Origin: an uncultured delta proteobacterium
GTDB lineage: Bacteria; Myxococcota_A; Polyangia; Fen-1088
DNA length: 64,000 nucleotides
Assembly (NCBI GenBank): GCA_963755125.1
Contig: CAVWIP010000010.1
Location: 256,001 to 320,000 of the forward strand
Direction: 5' to 3'
Position numbers and translations under genes: made by a program. Of this stretch, positions 58,458 through 64,000 are shown in pieces. The notes beneath the pieces were generated by a model. It was given only the letters and a program-made list of their open reading frames with translations, did no database searches and had not been told where the DNA came from. Each line of letters starts with the position of its first letter. Positions within the stretch are counted from its first letter, which is position 1.

Positions 58458-60131
58458 CTACCCGAAGGTCGCCACGCGCAACTCCCGGTCCAGCGCCTTG
58501 CACGCCGCACTCAGCGACGCCTTGACGATGTCTCTGTCACGGCCAGCGCCGAAACGGATCTTCCCGTCGCGGCCGCGCAGGCCGACGTAGGCAACAGCTT
58601 CGGCGTCGGCGCCATCGCCCAGGGCGTACTCGCTGTAGTCGACCAAATGGACGTCCACGCCCAGCGCAGTGGCCAAACCGTGGACGAAACCGTCAATGGG
58701 ACCGGTTCCCTGGCCTTCTACAGTCAGCGGCCTCTGTCCGTCAGTCAACCGCACGCGCACCACGCACGCGCCCTGGCGCGGGTGGTCCACTGTGAAGTCC
58801 ACCATTTCGAAACGGCCGGCCGACAGGTATTCGCGCTCGAAGGCTTCCAGTATGCCGCTCGCGCTCAACTCCTTGCCAGTTGCATCTGCCATTCTTTGCA
58901 CCACCTGACTGAACTCCACGGCCATCCCTTTGGGCACGTGATAACCGTGGCTCTGCTCCAAGACGTAGGCCACGCCGCCCTTGCCGGACTGGCTATTGAT
59001 ACGGATCAAGGGCTCGTATTGCCGCCCTACGTCCGCTGGATCGATGGGCAGGTATGGCACTTCCCATGTGGTCGCGCCGGTCTTCTCCAACACGGCCAGG
59101 CCCTTGCGAATGGCGTCCTGGTGCGAGCCGGAAAAGGCGGTGAACACCAGCTTGCCAGAGTAGGGATGGCGAGGCGGCACGGGCAATTGATTGCATTCCT
59201 GGAAGACCTCGACCAAGGCCGGCAAATTCGACAAGTCCAGTCCCGGATCGATGCCCTGACTGAACAGGTTCATGGCCAGTGCCACCACGTCGGCGTTGCC
59301 GGTGCGCTCGCCGTTGCCAAACAAAGTGCCTTCCACGCGCTCGGCGCCAGCCAGCATGGCCAGTTCGGCCGCGGCAATGGCGCAGCCGCGGTCATTGTGC
59401 GTGTGTACACTGATGATCACGCAATCCCGCTGAGCCAGGTGCCGATGCATCCATTCGATCTGGTCGGCGTACACATTGGGCGTGGCCATTTCCACTGTGG
59501 ACGGTAAATTCACGATCATTTTCCTGTCGCGTGTGGGCTGCCATTGTTCGGCCACGGCGTCGCACACCCGCAGTGCAAATTCCAGTTCGGTGCCGGTGAA
59601 GCTCTCGGGCGAGTATTCCAGCACGATCTCGCTGCCCGCCAACTTGGCTGCCTCTTGCCGCGCCTGTCGCACGCCGCGCACGGCGATCTCTTTCACGCCC
59701 GCTTGGTCCATGCCGAACACCACCCGGCGCTGCAGCGTGGACGTGGAGTTGTACACATGCACGATGGCGCGGCGGACGCCTTGCAAGGACTGGAAGGTGC
59801 GAGTGATCAGGTGCTCGCGCGCCTGGGTCAACACCTGGATGGTGACGTCTGCGGGAATGTGGCCTTGTTCGATCAGCGCGCGCACGAAATCGAACTCGGT
59901 TTGCGAGGCCGCGGGGAAGCCGACTTCGATTTCTTTGAAGCCCACGCGCACCAGGGTCTGGAAGAAGCGCAGCTTACGCCCCATGCCCATGGGTTCAGCC
60001 AGGGCTTGATTTCCGTCGCGCAGGTCCACGCTGCACCAGATGGGCGCGCGGTCCAGGGTGCGAGAAGGCCACGCGCGGTCAGGCAGACGCACCGTTGGCG
60101 CCGAAGGGTATTTGCGAGCGTCGAATGTCAT
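58458..60131 (-). CDS. leuA: 2-isopropylmalate synthase (LeuA type 2)
   Basis: SVDLRDGNQAL, YSPESF, HTHNDRG, GNGERTGN, AFSGSHQDAI, NSQSGKGG, regulatory domain. Confidence 0.95.
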   Translation of the reverse strand: MTFDARKYPSAPTVRLPDRAWPSRTLDRAPIWCSVDLRDGNQALAEPMGMGRKLRFFQTLVRVGFKEIEVGFPAASQTEFDFVRALIEQGHIPADVTIQVLTQAREHLITRTFQSLQGVRRAIVHVYNSTSTLQRRVVFGMDQAGVKEIAVRGVRQARQEAAKLAGSEIVLEYSPESFTGTELEFALRVCDAVAEQWQPTRDRKMIVNLPSTVEMATPNVYADQIEWMHRHLAQRDCVIISVHTHNDRGCAIAAAELAMLAGAERVEGTLFGNGERTGNADVVALAMNLFSQGIDPGLDLSNLPALVEVFQECNQLPVPPRHPYSGKLVFTAFSGSHQDAIRKGLAVLEKTGATTWEVPYLPIDPADVGRQYEPLIRINSQSGKGGVAYVLEQSHGYHVPKGMAVEFSQVVQRMADATGKELSASGILEAFEREYLSAGRFEMVDFTVDHPRQGACVVRVRLTDGQRPLTVEGQGTGPIDGFVHGLATALGVDVHLVDYSEYALGDGADAEAVAYVGLRGRDGKIRFGAGRDRDIVKASLSAACKALDRELRVATFG

Positions 60132-60180
60132 GGTCAATCTCCGGACTCCGCTTCAGCCGGAGGTGGCCACGGTCCTTCGC

Positions 60181-60223
60181 AAATACGAAAACCCCCCTCC
60201 GGCTTCCGCGGGAGAGGGTTTCG
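60181..60223 (-). terminator. leuA attenuator terminator hairpin
   Basis: Minus strand AAACCCTCTCC-cgcggaagcc-GGAGGGGGGTTTT followed by CGTATTT. Confidence 0.85.
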
Positions 60224-60247
60224 AGGTTCGTCGTTCTGCGCCTTACC

Positions 60248-60310
60248 TCAGGCCTCTCCCGCGCTGCTAAGCAGCAGTCCCGAGAGAAGCAGGGTGGTCG
60301 CAAACAACAT
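60248..60310 (-). CDS. leuL: Leucine leader (attenuator) peptide MLFATTLLLSGLLLSSAGEA
   Basis: 20 codons, 7 Leu including two LLL runs, directly upstream of the terminator and leuA; its 3' end CGCGGGAGAGG is complementary to the terminator 5' arm. Confidence 0.88.
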   Translation of the reverse strand: MLFATTLLLSGLLLSSAGEA

Positions 60311-60426
60311 GGCCAGATACAATTGTGCGCGACTCGTGCGCGGCCGTCAAGAACGTCCGAAAGAAACCGCCGCTGCTGTGGTGCGCTCCAGTAGAATTCT
60401 GCGCACCTTCTGCTACTGGAGAAATC

Positions 60427-61605
60427 ATGCGCTCACTCGTCCGGGTCGGTTTTGCTCTGTTGGTCCCAGTCCTGATGGCGCCGCTGGCCCGCGCTGGCGA
60501 CGGCCTTGCCCTCACCCCGCCCATGGGCTGGAATAGCTGGAACAAATTCGGCTGCAACGTGAGCGAGAAGCTCATCCGGGCAGCGGCCGACGCGCTGGTG
60601 TCGAGCGGCATGAAGGACGCCGGTTACCAGTACGTGGTGATCGATGACTGCTGGCAGGTCAGGCGAGATGCGGCGGGAAAGATTGTAGCCGACCCTGAGC
60701 GATTTCCCTCGGGGATAAAGGCGCTGGCCGACGCTGTGCACGCGAAAGGTCTGAAGTTCGGGATCTACTCGGACGCTGGGACCATGACCTGCGCCAAGCG
60801 GCCGGGCTCAAAGGACCACGAGGCGCAAGACGCGAAGGCCTATGCCGAGTGGGGCGTCGACTACCTGAAGTACGACTGGTGCAACACCGACGGGCAGGAT
60901 ACCCGCGACTCCTATGCCAAGATGAGCCAGGCCCTGCGCGCGAGCGGACGGCCGATCGTGTTTTCGATCTGCGAGTGGGGCAACAGCAAGCCGTGGACAT
61001 GGGCGCAGGGCATCGGGCACCTGTGGCGCGCCACCGGCGACATCCAAGACTGCTGGGATTGCGGCAAGAGTTGGGGAGGCATGGGCGTGGTTCACATCAT
61101 CGACCTGATGGCCGACCTGCACGCCTTTTCCGGCCCGGGCCACTGGAACGACCCGGACATGCTCGAGGTCGGCAATCACGGACTGACCCTGCCCGAGAAC
61201 CGTGCTCACTTCAGCTTCTGGGCGCTGTTCGCGGCTCCCTTGATGGCCGGCAACGACCTTGCGGCGATGAAGCCCGCCATCCGGGACATCCTCACCAACC
61301 GTGAGGTCATCGCGGTGGACCAGGACCCGCTCGGGATGCAGGGCCGCAAGGTGCGCGACGACGGCGCGCACGAAGTGTGGATCAAGCCGCTGGCAGACGG
61401 CTCACGCGCCGTCATCCTCTTCAACCGCGGCACCGAGGAGAGCCCAATCACGGCATCGTGGGAGGAGATCGGCCTGTTTCCCGGCGGCAAGGCTGTGGTC
61501 CGCGATCTCTGGAAGAAGGCCGACGTCGGCTCCTTCACCGGCCGCTTTCAGGCCAAGGTGGAGCCACACGGCGTGGTGATGCTCAGGATCACGCCGCAGT
61601 TCTGA
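60427..61605 (+). CDS. Secreted alpha-galactosidase, GH27
   Basis: TPPMGWNSWN, IDDCW, KFGIYSDAG, DYLKYDWC, WRATGDI, WNDPDMLEVGN. Confidence 0.94.
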   Translation: MRSLVRVGFALLVPVLMAPLARAGDGLALTPPMGWNSWNKFGCNVSEKLIRAAADALVSSGMKDAGYQYVVIDDCWQVRRDAAGKIVADPERFPSGIKALADAVHAKGLKFGIYSDAGTMTCAKRPGSKDHEAQDAKAYAEWGVDYLKYDWCNTDGQDTRDSYAKMSQALRASGRPIVFSICEWGNSKPWTWAQGIGHLWRATGDIQDCWDCGKSWGGMGVVHIIDLMADLHAFSGPGHWNDPDMLEVGNHGLTLPENRAHFSFWALFAAPLMAGNDLAAMKPAIRDILTNREVIAVDQDPLGMQGRKVRDDGAHEVWIKPLADGSRAVILFNRGTEESPITASWEEIGLFPGGKAVVRDLWKKADVGSFTGRFQAKVEPHGVVMLRITPQF

Positions 61606-61796
61606 AACCGGCCAGAGCGTCACGGTCGCGGTGCCGCAATAAGCTGTATCGCGTCCCCGAGCAGGACGCCACGGCCGCTCTGTTTCACAAAAATGACCCA
61701 CTGCTTTTGCGCGCTTTTTCCGCGCCATCAGGTAACGTGCTGGCAGCGGCCCCATCCAAAAATGCAGAATCACAGGACGACAGAGGAGCGCTTTCG

Positions 61797-62540
61797 ATGA
61801 CCCCCTGGGTGAGAAGAACCAAACGCGCTCTCGACGTGCTCATTTCGACGGTGGGCCTGATCCTGACGGTTCCTCTCTACCCTTTTATCGCTGCCGCCAT
61901 ATTCCTGGAGTCGCGGGGGGGCATATTCTTCCGCCAGCTCCGGGCCGGGGAGTTGTTGGGACCAGTGGATGGCCAGCCCGGGCGCTTTCGCTTTCGCGAA
62001 TTCAGCATGCTGAAGTTCCGCACCATGCGACCCGATGCCGGAACCTACACCGGGCCGGTCCTGACGGAAGAGAATGACCCGCGCGTGACCCGCGTGGGCC
62101 GTGTCCTGCGCAAAACCCGTCTCGACGAATTGCCCCAGTTCTGGAACGTCCTGCGGGGCGAGATGAGCATCATCGGCCCGCGCCCCGAGCAGCCCGAGTT
62201 GATGACCAACCTGTCGCTGACCATCCCGTACTTCGAGGAGCGCATGCGCGCGCTCAAGCCCGGCATCACGGGATTGGCGCAGGTTCTGCTCGGCTATTCG
62301 GGCCGCCCGCCCGAGGGAAGCGCCCTGGCCGCTATGGCACACGAGCTGACCAACCCCTTCAAGCTCGACGGCACGGAAGGCGCCTTGGCGGACGACATGC
62401 GCATGAAGCTGCTTTGCGACCTCGCCTACGGCCTGGCCGCCGAGAAGTTTCTGGCCTTCGCGCGTCTCGAAACCGAAATCCTTTTCCGCACGCCTCTTGT
62501 TATGTTAATGGGCTTGCGACGAAAAAGCCTGGGGCGATGA
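61797..62540 (+). CDS. Priming sugar transferase (Bac_transf phosphoglycosyltransferase)
   Basis: [58 protein letters not shown]. Confidence 0.92.
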   Translation: MTPWVRRTKRALDVLISTVGLILTVPLYPFIAAAIFLESRGGIFFRQLRAGELLGPVDGQPGRFRFREFSMLKFRTMRPDAGTYTGPVLTEENDPRVTRVGRVLRKTRLDELPQFWNVLRGEMSIIGPRPEQPELMTNLSLTIPYFEERMRALKPGITGLAQVLLGYSGRPPEGSALAAMAHELTNPFKLDGTEGALADDMRMKLLCDLAYGLAAEKFLAFARLETEILFRTPLVMLMGLRRKSLGR

Positions 62541-63667
62541 GTGGGTTCCTTTCTACCCCGCTGGCGGCGGCGGCCCTGGCCCTGGCGGTGCTGGTCTATA
62601 CCTACGCCGGCTATCCGGCCTTGCTCGCCCTGCTGAAGCGCGTACGCCCGCTGCACCCACGCCGGGATCCGACCTGGATGCCCACGGTGACCGCTTGTGT
62701 GGCGGCCTACAACGCCGAGGCGACCCTGCAGGCCAAGCTGGCCAGCCTGGCCGCGCTCGATTACCCGGTGGACAAGCTGGATATCCTGGTCTATTCGGAC
62801 GGCTCCCGCGATCGCACCGACGAAATCGTAGCGGCCTGGTCGGCGCGCGATGCGCGCGTGCAGCTCATCGCCGGTCACCCGCGCCAGGGCAAGCCCACCG
62901 CGCTCAATGCCATGGCCGAACGGGCCCGCGGCGAGGTGCTGCTGCTCACCGACGCGCGCCAGCCGGTGGAACGGGGGGCCTTGCGGGCCATGCTGGCCTT
63001 GCTGGCTGATCCCTCGGTGGGGTGCGTGACGGGCAATCTGCGGCTGGAAGGTGCGGCCGGCAGCGGCGTGTATTGGCGCTACGAAAACTGGATCCGGCGC
63101 AGCGAGGCCCGCTTCCGCAGCGTGGTGGGCATGACCGGCCCACTCTCGGCCATCCGGCGTAACGACCTTTCTCCCCTGCCCAGCAACCTGATTCTCGATG
63201 ACGTGTGGATCCCCATGCGCCTGCGCCTGCAAGGCCGCCGCGTCCTCTTCTGCGAAGAGGCCCTGGCCTTCGACCGCGCCTTTGACGACGAGCGCGAGTT
63301 TTCTCGCAAGGTGCGCACCCTGGCGGGCAACTACCAGATCTTCGCTCTCATGCCGGCCCTGCTCGTCCCCTTTGTCAATCCCTCCTGGTTCGAGACCTGC
63401 TCGCACAAGATCATGCGCCTTGTCTGCCCGTGGGCCCTGGCGGTTCTGCTGGTGGCCTGCGTTCTGGGCGTGTGGCGGGGCGGGACAGCGGCGTTTTCCT
63501 TGCTGGCCGCTCTACTGGCCGGGCAGGCGCTGTTCTACGCCGGCGCGCTGGCGGGATCGCGGGCGGGTCGGATGGGAACCGTGGCGCGGACCTTCGTGGT
63601 GCTCAACGCCGCGGCCGTGGCGGGGCTGTGGCGGTTCTTGACCGGCAGGCAGAGGGTGACCTGGTGA
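62537..63667 (+). CDS. Glycosyltransferase family 2 (membrane)
   Basis: AAYNAE, SDGSRDRT, GKPTALN, LTDA, YWRYE, LDD, RKVRTLAGNYQ. Confidence 0.9.
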   Translation: MSGFLSTPLAAAALALAVLVYTYAGYPALLALLKRVRPLHPRRDPTWMPTVTACVAAYNAEATLQAKLASLAALDYPVDKLDILVYSDGSRDRTDEIVAAWSARDARVQLIAGHPRQGKPTALNAMAERARGEVLLLTDARQPVERGALRAMLALLADPSVGCVTGNLRLEGAAGSGVYWRYENWIRRSEARFRSVVGMTGPLSAIRRNDLSPLPSNLILDDVWIPMRLRLQGRRVLFCEEALAFDRAFDDEREFSRKVRTLAGNYQIFALMPALLVPFVNPSWFETCSHKIMRLVCPWALAVLLVACVLGVWRGGTAAFSLLAALLAGQALFYAGALAGSRAGRMGTVARTFVVLNAAAVAGLWRFLTGRQRVTW

Positions 63668-64000
63668 TGGACGGTGGAGATCGACCGCTGGTCATCGCGC
63701 ATGTCCTGCCGTCCTTCGGGCTGGGCGGCCAGGAACGGGTGGCGTTGCGCCTGGCCACGCAGCAACAGGCGAGCGGCCATCGCGCCCTGGCGGTATCGCT
63801 GGCGCCGCCGCCCGAAGGCATCCTGGCCGACGAGTTTCGCCAGGCGGGCATCGAGACGCTGACCGTGCCCAAGCAAGGCCGCGGCCTCGACTTCAGCCTG
63901 CCAGCGCGCCTGGCGGCCGAGTTTTGTGGCGAAGGCGTGACGGTGGTGCATGCGCATAACCCGCAGGCCCTGATTTATGCCGCGCTTGCCGGCAAGGCGG
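63667..64000 (+). CDS. Glycosyltransferase family 4 (partial, runs off the window end)
   Basis: Manual translation MDGGDRPLVIAHVLPSFGLGGQERVALRLA...VVHAHN; ATG overlaps the GT2 stop. Confidence 0.85.
   Translation, partial: MDGGDRPLVIAHVLPSFGLGGQERVALRLATQQQASGHRALAVSLAPPPEGILADEFRQAGIETLTVPKQGRGLDFSLPARLAAEFCGEGVTVVHAHNPQALIYAALAGKA

Overview
A GC-rich bacterial chromosome segment with about 50 CDS. Gene content (MYXO-CTERM-like tail, TraB-like OmpA/TSP3 protein, Ser/Thr kinase, sigma54 regulator, DA/DAG-rich lipoprotein linkers) suggests Myxococcota; that assignment is inference. The left third holds housekeeping and signalling genes: murB, an OmpR-type two-component pair, a B12 radical SAM enzyme, rpoZ between two RRM genes, a Ser/Thr kinase, an NtrC-like regulator that has lost GAFTGA, glmS, a PAS hybrid kinase and an FHA-GAF-PP2C phosphatase. 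At 18.7-30.7 kb is a cell-surface block: two beta-propeller-like lipoproteins plus an OM barrel, divergent from a TraB-like OmpA protein and an AgmC-like adhesin, followed by GT87 and GH43 genes. The most interesting region is 30.9-51.9 kb. A thioesterase-less Gly/malonyl/Gly NRPS-PKS line (C*-A-T-KS-AT-ACP plus C-A-T) with its own Sfp PPTase and two atypical alpha/beta-hydrolases is contiguous with an exopolysaccharide operon (RsbW-like kinase, STAS, two co-polymerases, degenerate BY-kinase, GT4, two CelD/BcsL GNATs, a Cys-rich tandem-domain protein). This suggests a thiotemplate system that decorates a surface polysaccharide rather than releasing a free metabolite. The right end has an ADH, an OM barrel, a recQ pseudogene, chrA, doxX, a degenerate AKR, leuA with a complete Leu leader-peptide attenuator, a GH27 gene and the start of a second polysaccharide operon. 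I found no rRNA, tRNA, CRISPR array or transposase. All family assignments come from motifs read by eye, not from database searches.
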